The position numbers were made by a program, and so were the translations under genes. The notes beneath the pieces are model-generated. The model was not told where the DNA came from, did no database searches, and was given only the letters and a program-made list of their open reading frames with translations. Positions 47,493-57,539 of a DNA stretch of 64,000 bases are shown one piece after another. The stretch lies in contig JAFGVI010000139.1 of the NCBI GenBank assembly GCA_016938065.1, forward strand, positions 4,747 through 68,746, given 5' to 3'. Each line of letters opens with the position of its first letter. Position 1 is the first letter of the stretch. This DNA is from Deltaproteobacteria bacterium. Lineage in GTDB: Bacteria; Desulfobacterota; Anaeroferrophillalia; Anaeroferrophillales; Tharpellaceae.

Positions 47493-47914
47493 CAACCGTG
47501 GGGAAAAAGCAGCGTTTCACCCTCAACCTCAATATCCGCTTCGGGGATCTTGATGCCCTGGGCCATGTCAACAATGCGACCTATTTTGTCTATATGGAAG
47601 AGGCGCGTAAAGAATTTTTCGGCCGGCTATTCAACATATCAACCCCTCAAGACTTCCCCTTTGTTCTCGCCCGTATCTCCTGTGACTTTCGCAAATCGAT
47701 TGAATTTACAACTAAAACCGTGGCTCAGGATATCTGGATTACCCATATCGGCCGCAAAAGTTTCACCTTCCAGTATGAGATCTACCAGGCCGACGATCCC
47801 GCCTGCATCTTTGCCGGCGGTGAATCGGTCCAGGTTTTCTATGACCACAAAAGCGGTCAGACCAAATTGATTCCCGACTCCTTCCGCCAGGCGGTTGAGA
47901 ACTTCACGGTTTGA
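47489..47914 (+). CDS. Acyl-CoA thioesterase, hotdog fold (YbgC/4HBT family)
   Basis: 141 aa. RFGDLDALGHVNNATYFVYMEEAR is typical of the 4HBT class. ATGA overlap with the upstream gene. Confidence 0.8.
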   Translation: MTTVGKKQRFTLNLNIRFGDLDALGHVNNATYFVYMEEARKEFFGRLFNISTPQDFPFVLARISCDFRKSIEFTTKTVAQDIWITHIGRKSFTFQYEIYQADDPACIFAGGESVQVFYDHKSGQTKLIPDSFRQAVENFTV

Positions 47915-47941
47915 AAGCAAATCGGCAAAACGGAGCAAACC

Positions 47942-50176
47942 TCATCCCAAAAGTTTTTCAATCTCCTTTATGGAGGAGAGCCGCAAAAGTTTTTGCGCCA
48001 CCGTTTTTGCCTCCGGTAGATTGATCGCGGCACAGGCCTTCTTGATGCGCGGCAGGAAAACCGGGTCGAGACTGAGGTTGCGCACACCGATCCCGAGCAG
48101 AAAAGGCAGATAGATCTCCCGGGAAGCCATTTCACCGCAGATGGAGACCGGAACGTTGTGCCGGCTTGCGCTCTGCATAATCCGCTTAAGTGTCCGCAGG
48201 ACTGCGGGATGGTGGGGCACATAGAATGAGGCGACTTTTTCATTGGTGCGATCAACCGCAAGCAGGTACTGAATCAGATCATTGGTCCCGATCGAAAAAA
48301 AATCAGCTTCCCCGGCGAGATCGTCAAGGATGTCGACAACGGCGGGAATTTCAACCATAATTCCGATTTTCGGCGCCTGACAGAACTTTTCCCCCTCAGC
48401 TTTCAGCTCCTGCTGACAATCATACAATACCTGTCGGGCCTCAAGGAACTCCTCCAGAGACGACACCATCGGAAACATGATGCGCAAATCACTCTCAGCA
48501 CAAGCCCGCATAACCGCCCGTAATTGACGGGCAAAGATATCCTTATGGCCGAGTGAGAATCTGATTGAGCGCATCCCCATAAAGGGATTCTCCTCTTTTT
48601 CGTGATGGTAGTAGGAGAGTACTTTGTCGCCGCCGATATCAAGCGTCCTGAAAACCAGTGGCTTACCCGGCATTCCGGCGGCAAGGCGCTGGTAGACCAG
48701 AAACTGCTCCGCTTCCGAAGGAAAATCACTGCGCACTAAAAATGGAATCTCACTCCGATAAAGACCGATCCCTTGCGCCCGATAACGATTGGCCATTTTA
48801 AGATCAGAGAGGAGATTAATATTAGAATAGAGGAATACTTTTTCCCCATCACGGGTCATCGTCAGCTCGGCAATTTCGGCCTCATCAATCTCTACCTCCT
48901 GCTGCTTCTTCGTGAAAATCTCAATTACAGAGGGTGCCGGATTGACATAGACATTACCAATCGTCGCATCAAGCAGAACAAAGCTGTTGCGATCCAGAGC
49001 CAGCAGTTGGGGTTCATCGGCTATTACCAGCGGGATGCCCAAAGAACGGGCCAGAAGAGCAACATGCGATGTCACCCCGCCACTAACCAGGACAATCCCT
49101 AAGATTTTCTCATGGCTCAATTTAAGAATATCTGAAGGCAGAAGCTGATCGGCAATCACCACCTTATCACCGAGATCACCAAGGTCATCTTGGGGACCTG
49201 ACAGATTGCGCAGAAGGCGAAGGGCAAGATCTCTGACATCATCGGCTTTTTCCCTGATATAGTGATCTTCGACCCTGGAAAAATGACTTATATAAAAATC
49301 TGCGGTCTCCACAATGGCAGCCCCGGGAGAGCTTCCCTGAGCAATCAGAGTTTCAATTTTCGCAAGCAGGCTACTGTCTTTCAGCATCAGCAGATGGGCG
49401 CTGAAAATCAGTGAGGCGACATCTGAAAGCTGGGCCTCAACCTCGGACTGAATCATTTCAAGCTGAACTTCCGTCTTTTTGACGCATTCATGAAAATCGT
49501 TAAGGGTTAATCCCTTTAACGGCATTTCCGCAAGATATTCGCTTAAATCCTGATAGCGGCGCAGCACCAGGGCCCGACCTTTAACCAGCCCTTGAGAGGC
49601 ACTCTGGCCGTGCACCAATGCCAGCTCAATCTTCGGTTTGCTAATATTGACAGCATCAGACCGTCTCTCGATATGGCCCAGAAGCCTGACATTTTCAATG
49701 ATATTAGCCAACTGTGAGGCAATCGTCTGGGTCACCGTAACTTCCGCTTGAGAAAATGGTTTTTCCTCCTCTCTCTGCAGAACGATTACCCCGATCTTAT
49801 TAATACCCCGTAAAATCGGAACCGCCATGAAGGCTTCGTAGAGCTCTTCATTGAGCCCGCCAAAAAACTTATAGGCCGGATGCAGGCTGGCCTTGGCCGC
49901 GACAATCGTTCTCTTTTCGGCCAGAGCCGTACCCGTCAGTCCCTGGCCCTCCAGCATCCGCACCACTCCCACAGCGCCCGCTTTCAAACCATGAGTTGCC
50001 TTGAGCCTGAGCTCCCGCTGCTCTTCTTCATAGAGATAGAGCGAACAGACCGTGGTCTGCATATGACCCGCCACCATATCGACCAGTTTCGCCAAGAAAA
50101 GATCGATACTTTGACTTTCATTGAAGATCCAGTTCAGTTCTGACAAATCACATAATAACTCTAGATGGTTCTGCAC
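47942..50176 (-). CDS. ptsP: Phosphoenolpyruvate-protein phosphotransferase PtsP (EI-Ntr, GAF-EI)
   Basis: 744 aa. N-terminal GAF. EI phosphohistidine region GGVTSHVALLARSLGIP. PEP-utilising C-terminus IGTNDLIQY. Confidence 0.9.
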   Translation of the reverse strand: MQNHLELLCDLSELNWIFNESQSIDLFLAKLVDMVAGHMQTTVCSLYLYEEEQRELRLKATHGLKAGAVGVVRMLEGQGLTGTALAEKRTIVAAKASLHPAYKFFGGLNEELYEAFMAVPILRGINKIGVIVLQREEEKPFSQAEVTVTQTIASQLANIIENVRLLGHIERRSDAVNISKPKIELALVHGQSASQGLVKGRALVLRRYQDLSEYLAEMPLKGLTLNDFHECVKKTEVQLEMIQSEVEAQLSDVASLIFSAHLLMLKDSSLLAKIETLIAQGSSPGAAIVETADFYISHFSRVEDHYIREKADDVRDLALRLLRNLSGPQDDLGDLGDKVVIADQLLPSDILKLSHEKILGIVLVSGGVTSHVALLARSLGIPLVIADEPQLLALDRNSFVLLDATIGNVYVNPAPSVIEIFTKKQQEVEIDEAEIAELTMTRDGEKVFLYSNINLLSDLKMANRYRAQGIGLYRSEIPFLVRSDFPSEAEQFLVYQRLAAGMPGKPLVFRTLDIGGDKVLSYYHHEKEENPFMGMRSIRFSLGHKDIFARQLRAVMRACAESDLRIMFPMVSSLEEFLEARQVLYDCQQELKAEGEKFCQAPKIGIMVEIPAVVDILDDLAGEADFFSIGTNDLIQYLLAVDRTNEKVASFYVPHHPAVLRTLKRIMQSASRHNVPVSICGEMASREIYLPFLLGIGVRNLSLDPVFLPRIKKACAAINLPEAKTVAQKLLRLSSIKEIEKLLG

Positions 50177-50237
50177 TTTTTTCCTTTTTATCTTGTCTCT
50201 ATTTCAAGCATTCCGAGCAACTAAATTCTCTCAGTTG

Positions 50238-51128
50238 TCAGCGCAGTCTGAAGATCGTCCGGTTGCGCCCGGAGCCTTTGGCTTTGTACAGCATTTCGTC
50301 AGCCCGGTGCAGAAGCTCATCGAGAGTTCGAGTGGAGGCATCGGCGGCGGCGACCCCTTCACTGATGGTACAGCCGACCAGCTCGCCGCCAACCAGCTCG
50401 ATCTTAAGTTCTTCCACCTTTTTTCTGAGCAATTCAAGTTTTTCGACGACACAGACCTCATCGGAATGGCGGCAAATGATGGCGAACTCCTCCCCGCCAA
50501 GGCGGCCGAAGATCGAATCTGGCTCAATATTTTCGGCAATCACCCGGGTTACGGCCTTGATCACCATATCCCCGACGGCGTGGCCGTAACTGTCATTGAT
50601 ATGCTTGAACTTGTCAATATCGAGCATGGCGGCATAGAGGTTATCGGGGTTTTCGGCAAACTTACGTTTGGCCAGCTCGAAAAATTTACGCCGGTTATAG
50701 ATCCCGGTCATTGCGTCATAGGAAGCCAGAAATTCAAGTTTTTCGATCATCTCCTGATGTTCAAGCTGAATTTTCACCCGGGCGAGAAGCTCTTTCGGTT
50801 TAAACGGTTTAGTGACATAATCTACCCCGCCCTCATCGTAGGCTTTTTCGATGGCATCCTCTTCGGTTCTGGCGGTAATAAAAATGATTGGTATATCTTT
50901 AGTTTTTTCATTTTGTTTAAGTTTACGGCAAACCGTATAGCCATCCATTTCCGGCATCATGATATCAAGCAGGATCAGATCGATGGCCTCTTCCGCGACA
51001 ATTTCCAGAGCCTCCGGTCCCCCGGTAGCTTCAATAACATCGAAATCCTTAAGCAGATCAACGATAATGTCGAGATTGGCCACGGTGTCGTCAACCGCCA
51101 GAATCGTTCTTCTTTCAAGCATCATCAC
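50238..51128 (-). CDS. Response regulator-diguanylate cyclase (REC-GGDEF)
   Basis: 296 aa. REC ILLDIMMPEMDG. GGDEF domain with an intact RLGGEEF. No RxxD I-site is visible upstream of the GGEEF. ATGA overlap with the upstream kinase. Confidence 0.88.
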   Translation of the reverse strand: MMMLERRTILAVDDTVANLDIIVDLLKDFDVIEATGGPEALEIVAEEAIDLILLDIMMPEMDGYTVCRKLKQNEKTKDIPIIFITARTEEDAIEKAYDEGGVDYVTKPFKPKELLARVKIQLEHQEMIEKLEFLASYDAMTGIYNRRKFFELAKRKFAENPDNLYAAMLDIDKFKHINDSYGHAVGDMVIKAVTRVIAENIEPDSIFGRLGGEEFAIICRHSDEVCVVEKLELLRKKVEELKIELVGGELVGCTISEGVAAADASTRTLDELLHRADEMLYKAKGSGRNRTIFRLR

Positions 51129-54100
51129 TCACCTGCGAGAAGGCCGGCCGCCGCCTTGAAATCGCGGGCCATAACCATTTTTTCCAGAGCCGTTAAAAGC
51201 TTATCTTGCTCCGGGTCAAGCCGGTACTTTCTAAGCTCCTCAATAATCGGGCTGCACTCTCTTGAGCGACGGCGGGCGAGAGCCGGCTTCAGGGCAGCAA
51301 TTTTTTCGGCAAAGAGCGCGGCACTTATCACCTCCGCGGACGGCTTCACCCCCTCATCCGCAGCCATCAGACTGCGCTCTATATCACTGAAGACCAGCTC
51401 CAGCTGCGCGTACAGATACGGCAAACGAGAGGCTTCCGGGTGCTCTTCCAGCTCGAGGCAGACCCGGTGCAGGGCCAGAGCCCCGATATTGGCACTCAAC
51501 CCTTTCAGCGTATGAATCGTCCGGGCCGCAAGATCATAGTCGGCGAAATCAATTTTCACCCCCTTGAACTCTTCGACAAAACTCCGCAGGATTCTGACAT
51601 AAAGCCCTTCATCGCCGGCAAGATGACTTAAACCCTTCTGCACATCAATAACCTGACATCTTTCTGCGCTGAACCGCCGGCGAGCCGGAGCCGCAAGCTT
51701 GGCCTCGACCTCAACATCGCTCCCGGCCGGCGCGGTTGTGCCGCCCAGATAGCGCAGGAGTACCTCATACAATTTCTCAACTTCAATCGGCTTGTTGAGA
51801 TGCTCATTCATGCCCGCCCGACGGGTATTTTCCACATCTTCAGCCATGGCATTGGCCGTCAGTGCAATAATCGGAATATCCCGGTCGCTTTCCCGAATAA
51901 AGCCGGTCGCTTCATATCCGTCCAGATGCGGCATCTGCAGATCCATCAAAATCAGGTCGTAGTGCTTTTCCCGGCTCAGGGCCACAGCCTGGCGCCCATC
52001 CTCGGCAACATCAATTTTGATGCCGGAGGCCTCAAGCAACCCGAGCACTATCTCCTGGTTGGTAGAATTATCCTCGGCCAGAAGAATTGTTTTCCCCCGT
52101 AAAACTGCAAGCTCATCCTGCAGACTCCGCTGTTTCGTTCCGAGCTTAAGCGGCAGAACTTTACCTCCGCCACTGAAAATTCCGGCCAGAACATCGTGCA
52201 GAACCGAGGGATTGACCGGTTTCTGTAAAAATATTTCGATACCGACCTCTTTTGCTAGATTAACAATACTCTCCTGACGAAAGGCGCTGACCATAATGAC
52301 CGTGGGCGGTACCCGGTCTGATGAACATTGGCGCTTAATCAGACGGGTAGTTTCGATGCCATCAAGACCCGGCATATTCCAATCCATCAGAATCAGATCA
52401 AAGGGCCGGCGACAGCGATCCAGCAGAGCAAGCGCCTCCCGTCCGGAATCAGCAATGACAACTTCGACCCCGAAGGAACGAAGCAGGCTTTCCAGCACCT
52501 CCTGCCAGGTCAAATTATCCTCGACAATGAGCACCCTCTTCCCGCAGAAAGCGGAAATGCTCTTTTCCGCTTTGACCACCGGAATCAGTTCAATCTCAAA
52601 AGTAAAAGTGCTGCCCGCGCCCTCCCTGGAGGCGACCTCAATGGTACCGCCCATCAGTTCGACCAGCTGTTTTGAAATCGCCAGCCCCAAACCGGTGCCG
52701 CCATATTTTCTCGAGGTACTGCCGTCGGCCTGAGAAAACGAGCGGAAAAGCTTCTTCTGCATCAGCTCACTCATCCCGATACCCGTATCCCTCACCGCAA
52801 AATGAACCCGGTTCTCTCCAGCCTGATTGACATAGAGACCTATTTCCCCACGCTCGGTAAATTTTACCGCATTGCCAATCAGATTAGTCAGCACCTGTGA
52901 AATGCGTAAAGGGTCACCGTGAAAGTTGCGCCCGAGTTCAGCACCATAACTGACGATCAGTTCAATATTTTTCTCATGAGTTTTGAATTCTACCAGACCA
53001 ATGACCGTGTCGATAACCTCAAACAGATCAAAATCGATCTTCTCGATCGCCAGCTTGCCTGCCTCGATCTTGGAAAAATCGAGAATATCATTAATAATCG
53101 CAAGAAGAGAATAGGACGAGCTCTCGATTTTCTGCAGAAAATTTCGCTGTCTGCCATCAAGATCAGTCTGCAGAACCAAATGGGTCATACCCAGCACTCC
53201 GTTCATCGGAGTCCTTATTTCATGCGACATATTAGCAAGAAACTCAGATTTTGAGCGTGTTGCCGCCTCGGCCCTATCTTTTGCCTCAAGCAGTTCATCC
53301 TTAATTTTTCTAGCCTCGGAAATATCCCTTAAGACAACATGAATCAGATTTTCTCCCTGCAGGCGTATTCGGGTCAGCGTCACTTCGGCCCAGAAATTGT
53401 TGCCATCAGCTCGAGTATGCAGCCACTCAAACTTGTTGGCCCCATGTTCCAGACAGACAGCCATCAGCTGGTTGGCTTTTGCGTACGATGCCTGACCATC
53501 CGGCTGCACCTGAGGGGAAAAGCGGGCAGGATGGGAATCAAGCAGCTCCTGCCGGTCTTTACATCTAAGCATCTTCACGGCAGATGCATTGCAGTCAACA
53601 ACTCTTCCCTGTTTAATGATTATGACCGCATCAACGGTGTCGTAAAAAAGGGTTTCAAAAACCTCTTTCTGTTCCTCAAGATCACGGGTGCGCTCACTGA
53701 CTTTTTTATCAAGGGTATTGATATTCTCTTCGAGGGTATCAAGCATGCCGTCAAAAGTCAGCGCCAGAGTACCGATTTCATCCGTCGCCCGAATATCACT
53801 TCGCACCCGCAGATTACCCTCTTTCACCTGCAGCGCCTTTCGCGACAGAGTCTCGATGGGACGCAGCAGTTTTTTAAAAAAATAGCCGCTCAACAACAGA
53901 GTCAGCACCAACAGGGCCAAAGAGATAAACCAGATATAATCTCTTATCTGATTTGCGGCCAAATTGATCTCTTCGATATAAGCTGAACTGCAGATATACC
54001 AGTCGAAATCTTTATTATAATCTATCCACGACACCTTCTTATAGATATAGTGACCTTTATCTGCAGGCTTATCCCAGCTGTAGTAAAGGACTTTACTGCC

Positions 54101-55363
54101 GGAACGATAGGCTTCGATCATATCGTTGAGAATAAAACTTTTCTTTCCGGGATTTTCGAGCTGGGCAAAATTCTTCCCCTCAATATTGGAATTGGGATGA
54201 ATTATCATATTCCCTTTTGAGTCAAAAATATAAATATACCCGGTCTCTCCTATCTTGGTACTGCTCAGCAACTTGCGTAAATTTTTAACCAGTTCGATTT
54301 TCTTTCTTTCAACCTCACGTTCGATACGGTCAAGATAAATACCGGTACTGATAACCCAGTGCCAGGGCTCGATATGTTTGGAAAAAGTCAATTTGTCAAA
54401 GAGTTGTTCCTCATCTGTCAGCTTACGCCAGGAGTAGCAATGAAACCCCTCACCCTTCTCCCGGGCAACGCTGACCATGGGCGGCACAATTAAAACCCCA
54501 GCCGGATCTCTGACCTCAGACATATCTTTACCCTCGATAAAAGGGTGGCTGATCAGAACTGAATCATAGTCACTTATAAAAAAATATTCATTATCGCCAT
54601 ACCTGAGCTTGGCAATATACTGCATGGCCTCTTGCTGTTTCTGGCGCTGGACTTCAGGCAGATAAAAACCGGTACCGATAATCCAGTCACACGGCGCAAA
54701 ATAAAAAACAGAGGTTAATTTCTCTTCGACCTTGCCCGACGCCGGATTGGGCCATTTATAACTGGTAAAACCCTCGCCCTTGCCGGCGGCGATCTCAGCA
54801 AACTCGCGGATAAAGTATTTCCCGTCCGCATCCTTAAGATCAATCAGATCGCGCCCCTCAAGCTCTGGTTTTATAGGATGCAGAATGCAGCGGGTCCCGC
54901 GATTAATGAAAAAATACCCGATGCCGCCATCATAGCGATATAACCTGACGAAATCCTTTATAATTTTTTCAATCTCTGGCGGTGAGTCACTCCGCCGCTT
55001 GAGCTCAAAGTAATGCAGCAGCGTTTTTTTAAATGCTTCCGCCTGAATCCGAAGATGTTCCTTGACCGCCTCAGGCTGGGAAGACTGATAGAGCTCTTCA
55101 ATCAGCTTGAAAGCCACCTCCGTTATATTTTTCAGCTCCTCCCGATGCATGGCCAGAGAATTCTGCCGGTAACTTTTCAACTCCCGAGCCGCGGTCTCAA
55201 CCACGGTCGTGACCTCCTGCAAATGAGCCTTGCCGGTTTTCTCTTCAAGATGAATAGTTCTCTCCTCAACTTTCGGCGCGACAAAGAAAACCATCACCCC
55301 GCTGTAAACGGCGATAATCAGAAGGGTTACCGCGAGAACTTTAAAATAAATTTTGGAAAACAT
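51125..55363 (-). CDS. Hybrid sensor histidine kinase: triple Cache-like periplasmic region, HAMP, PAS, HisKA, HATPase, two REC, HPt
   Basis: 1412 aa. TM helices at about residues 8-29 and 477-496. Three Y[FI][FY]I...HP modules. H-box SHEIRTPMNGVLG, GTGLGLAISK, REC LILMDWNMPGLDG and LILMDLQMPHLDG, HPt HTLKGLSANIGA. Confidence 0.88.
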   Translation of the reverse strand: MFSKIYFKVLAVTLLIIAVYSGVMVFFVAPKVEERTIHLEEKTGKAHLQEVTTVVETAARELKSYRQNSLAMHREELKNITEVAFKLIEELYQSSQPEAVKEHLRIQAEAFKKTLLHYFELKRRSDSPPEIEKIIKDFVRLYRYDGGIGYFFINRGTRCILHPIKPELEGRDLIDLKDADGKYFIREFAEIAAGKGEGFTSYKWPNPASGKVEEKLTSVFYFAPCDWIIGTGFYLPEVQRQKQQEAMQYIAKLRYGDNEYFFISDYDSVLISHPFIEGKDMSEVRDPAGVLIVPPMVSVAREKGEGFHCYSWRKLTDEEQLFDKLTFSKHIEPWHWVISTGIYLDRIEREVERKKIELVKNLRKLLSSTKIGETGYIYIFDSKGNMIIHPNSNIEGKNFAQLENPGKKSFILNDMIEAYRSGSKVLYYSWDKPADKGHYIYKKVSWIDYNKDFDWYICSSAYIEEINLAANQIRDYIWFISLALLVLTLLLSGYFFKKLLRPIETLSRKALQVKEGNLRVRSDIRATDEIGTLALTFDGMLDTLEENINTLDKKVSERTRDLEEQKEVFETLFYDTVDAVIIIKQGRVVDCNASAVKMLRCKDRQELLDSHPARFSPQVQPDGQASYAKANQLMAVCLEHGANKFEWLHTRADGNNFWAEVTLTRIRLQGENLIHVVLRDISEARKIKDELLEAKDRAEAATRSKSEFLANMSHEIRTPMNGVLGMTHLVLQTDLDGRQRNFLQKIESSSYSLLAIINDILDFSKIEAGKLAIEKIDFDLFEVIDTVIGLVEFKTHEKNIELIVSYGAELGRNFHGDPLRISQVLTNLIGNAVKFTERGEIGLYVNQAGENRVHFAVRDTGIGMSELMQKKLFRSFSQADGSTSRKYGGTGLGLAISKQLVELMGGTIEVASREGAGSTFTFEIELIPVVKAEKSISAFCGKRVLIVEDNLTWQEVLESLLRSFGVEVVIADSGREALALLDRCRRPFDLILMDWNMPGLDGIETTRLIKRQCSSDRVPPTVIMVSAFRQESIVNLAKEVGIEIFLQKPVNPSVLHDVLAGIFSGGGKVLPLKLGTKQRSLQDELAVLRGKTILLAEDNSTNQEIVLGLLEASGIKIDVAEDGRQAVALSREKHYDLILMDLQMPHLDGYEATGFIRESDRDIPIIALTANAMAEDVENTRRAGMNEHLNKPIEVEKLYEVLLRYLGGTTAPAGSDVEVEAKLAAPARRRFSAERCQVIDVQKGLSHLAGDEGLYVRILRSFVEEFKGVKIDFADYDLAARTIHTLKGLSANIGALALHRVCLELEEHPEASRLPYLYAQLELVFSDIERSLMAADEGVKPSAEVISAALFAEKIAALKPALARRRSRECSPIIEELRKYRLDPEQDKLLTALEKMVMARDFKAAAGLLAGE

Positions 55364-55427
55364 CCGCCTCTCTTCTCTCGAAAAATATCGAAGAGGTTAA
55401 TAAAAAAAACAGTCCACGGAAGAAGAT

Positions 55428-57212
55428 TTACCGGGCCGAGAGCAGTTCCGCTATAACCTGCTGCATCATCTCCAGCTTGCAGGGTTTCGGCAGCACCCCC
55501 TTGAAACCGTAATCAGAATAATTCGCCATGACCGGATTATTACAGTATCCGCTAGTGGCAACTGCTACCACATCAGCATCCAGCTTACGCAGTTCCCGAA
55601 TAGTTTCCTCTCCGCCCATGCCTCCGGGTACGGTTAAATCGAGAATAACGATATCAATCGGCTGGTTGCGATGGCGCGCCTCCTGGTACAATTTAATGGC
55701 TTCACGGCCATCAGCTGCAGTAGTTACGTTGTAACCGACAAAACTTAAAAGTTCAGCAGTAGTCTCGCAAACGATTACATCGTCGTCCATTACCAGGACA
55801 CGGCCACCAGACATAGAGGACTTAAGCTCTTCGTCAACGACCTCAGGCAGAGCGGATTCTAACGCCGGCAGCAGCACTTCGAATGTGGTACCCACCCCCA
55901 GTTGTGAAGCTACGGAAATATGCCCAAGATGCTTGCCGATAATCGCATGAGAAATTGCCAGTCCGAGCCCGTTGCCGGTCTCTTTGGTCGTAAAATACGG
56001 GTCGAAAATTTTATTCAAATTTTCGGGCGCAATACCGACCCCATGATCTCTGATTGCCAGCAAAACATAGTTGCCCGGAGCCAGACCGGAATGCTCATTT
56101 TCCGCAACGTAAAGATTTCTACAGGAAACTTCGATTTTACCGCCGTGCGGCATCGCCTGATCGCAATTAATGATGAGATTCCTGATAACCTGATCAATCT
56201 GTCCGGGATCGGCCCTGACGGTAAAAAGATCTGCAGGAAGGGTAAAATGACACTGAACGTTTGAACCGGACAGGGCGAACAGGACTGAATCCTGCACCAG
56301 TTTGGCAAAGGTTACATCTTGAAGCACCGGCAGCCCGCCCTTGGCAAAGGTCAGAAGCTGCTGGGTCAAATGCTGAGCCCGGGATGCTGCAGTTTCAGTT
56401 TTCTGCAACAGGGCATATATTTTATCTTGCGGTTCACTATGCACTCTCGCCAGAGTAACATTGTTAAGAATGGCGGCCAGAAAATTATTAAAATCGTGGG
56501 CCAGGCCTCCGGCCAGCAGACCTAATGATTCAAGTTTCTGACTGCGGGCCATCTCTTCATCGAGCCGTCTCTGAGCAGTCACATCAACAAAAACCACAAC
56601 TACAGCACTTATCCCGCCATCATCATTGCGTACCGGGGTCGCAATAGCGTCATAGTAGCACCCGCCAATCAGCCATTCCAGCTTACGGCAGGTCACCCCT
56701 TCAGCTACGACCTTCTGCATCAGGCAGAAATCCGCAGGTGCCTCTCGGTCACAGATAGCCTGATAACAGGCACAACCCGAGAGGTCTGATTTGCCTCTGA
56801 GAATATGGATTACCGCATAATTATTACTGTTCAATATGCAGCAATTAACATCCAGCACGACAATGCCGATCGGGGCCGAGTCGAAAACCGCCTGCAACTC
56901 TTCGTGAATGACGCGCAGATCTTCGTTGGTATCCTTTAAATGTTCAATCACCTGGCTGAAAGCTTCGCTGACAATACCGATAGGGTCGAGCTCAATCAGG
57001 GTTTGATCATCAAGTTCCTCCGGCCTTAAAGGCACCGTACCGATAACCTGTAAAAGCTGGTCTACTTTACGGCGAATATAGAGAAAATTCTGCTGCTGCT
57101 GCGTTTTAAGTTCGGCATTTTCCTGCCGTAGCCGGGCAATTTCAGCACGGAGCTCCTGAGCGCAAGCAGTCGTAAGCTCGGGCCCCGGGGAGCACGATTC
57201 AGGGGTTTTCAT
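55428..57212 (-). CDS. Cytoplasmic PAS histidine kinase with C-terminal REC (hybrid), Cys-rich PAS
   Basis: 594 aa, no TM. Coiled coil, then PAS with 8 Cys, H-box GGLAHDFNNFL, HATPase DHGVGI / GNGLGLAISH, REC IVILDLTVPGGMGG. The ATG overlaps the TusA-like TGA. Confidence 0.85.
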   Translation of the reverse strand: MKTPESCSPGPELTTACAQELRAEIARLRQENAELKTQQQQNFLYIRRKVDQLLQVIGTVPLRPEELDDQTLIELDPIGIVSEAFSQVIEHLKDTNEDLRVIHEELQAVFDSAPIGIVVLDVNCCILNSNNYAVIHILRGKSDLSGCACYQAICDREAPADFCLMQKVVAEGVTCRKLEWLIGGCYYDAIATPVRNDDGGISAVVVVFVDVTAQRRLDEEMARSQKLESLGLLAGGLAHDFNNFLAAILNNVTLARVHSEPQDKIYALLQKTETAASRAQHLTQQLLTFAKGGLPVLQDVTFAKLVQDSVLFALSGSNVQCHFTLPADLFTVRADPGQIDQVIRNLIINCDQAMPHGGKIEVSCRNLYVAENEHSGLAPGNYVLLAIRDHGVGIAPENLNKIFDPYFTTKETGNGLGLAISHAIIGKHLGHISVASQLGVGTTFEVLLPALESALPEVVDEELKSSMSGGRVLVMDDDVIVCETTAELLSFVGYNVTTAADGREAIKLYQEARHRNQPIDIVILDLTVPGGMGGEETIRELRKLDADVVAVATSGYCNNPVMANYSDYGFKGVLPKPCKLEMMQQVIAELLSAR

Positions 57213-57457
57213 ACTTTTACCTTAATCGCGTAATAGCCATCTAATTTTTCGACAGTGACCACATAACCCATATTGTGCAGGGCTTCAGGTACGGTCGTAG
57301 TAGCATCACGATTATCGGTCAGGATTAAAATCTCCTGCAGCCTGCTTTTAATCGCCTGGCGCCGGGTATTGATCTCGCGCAGGGTAATGAGCAGTGAAGA
57401 TGGGCATATCTGGCCGCGAATGTCAAATTCGACGACGCTGGGAAGATTGTTTGTCAT
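57209..57457 (-). CDS. TusA/YedF-family sulfur-carrier-like protein
   Basis: 82 aa. FDIRGQICPSSLL matches the TusA-type G-x-x-CP motif. Downstream of the YeeE/YedE gene. Confidence 0.7.
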   Translation of the reverse strand: MTNNLPSVVEFDIRGQICPSSLLITLREINTRRQAIKSRLQEILILTDNRDATTTVPEALHNMGYVVTVEKLDGYYAIKVKV

Positions 57458-57539
57458 GATACACTCTTGAAATTATATCTTTAAACTCAAAAAAAGAGAG
57501 GGTGGATACAACCGGAAGGAGGGTCACAACCATGATAAT

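Noticed and set aside
50121-51515. A 464-aa plus-strand ORF.
   Set aside because: It is entirely antisense to the well-supported REC-GGDEF gene and the 3' end of the hybrid kinase. The translation is low-complexity and Ser/Arg/Phe-rich with no recognisable motifs. This is a typical shadow ORF in GC-rich DNA.
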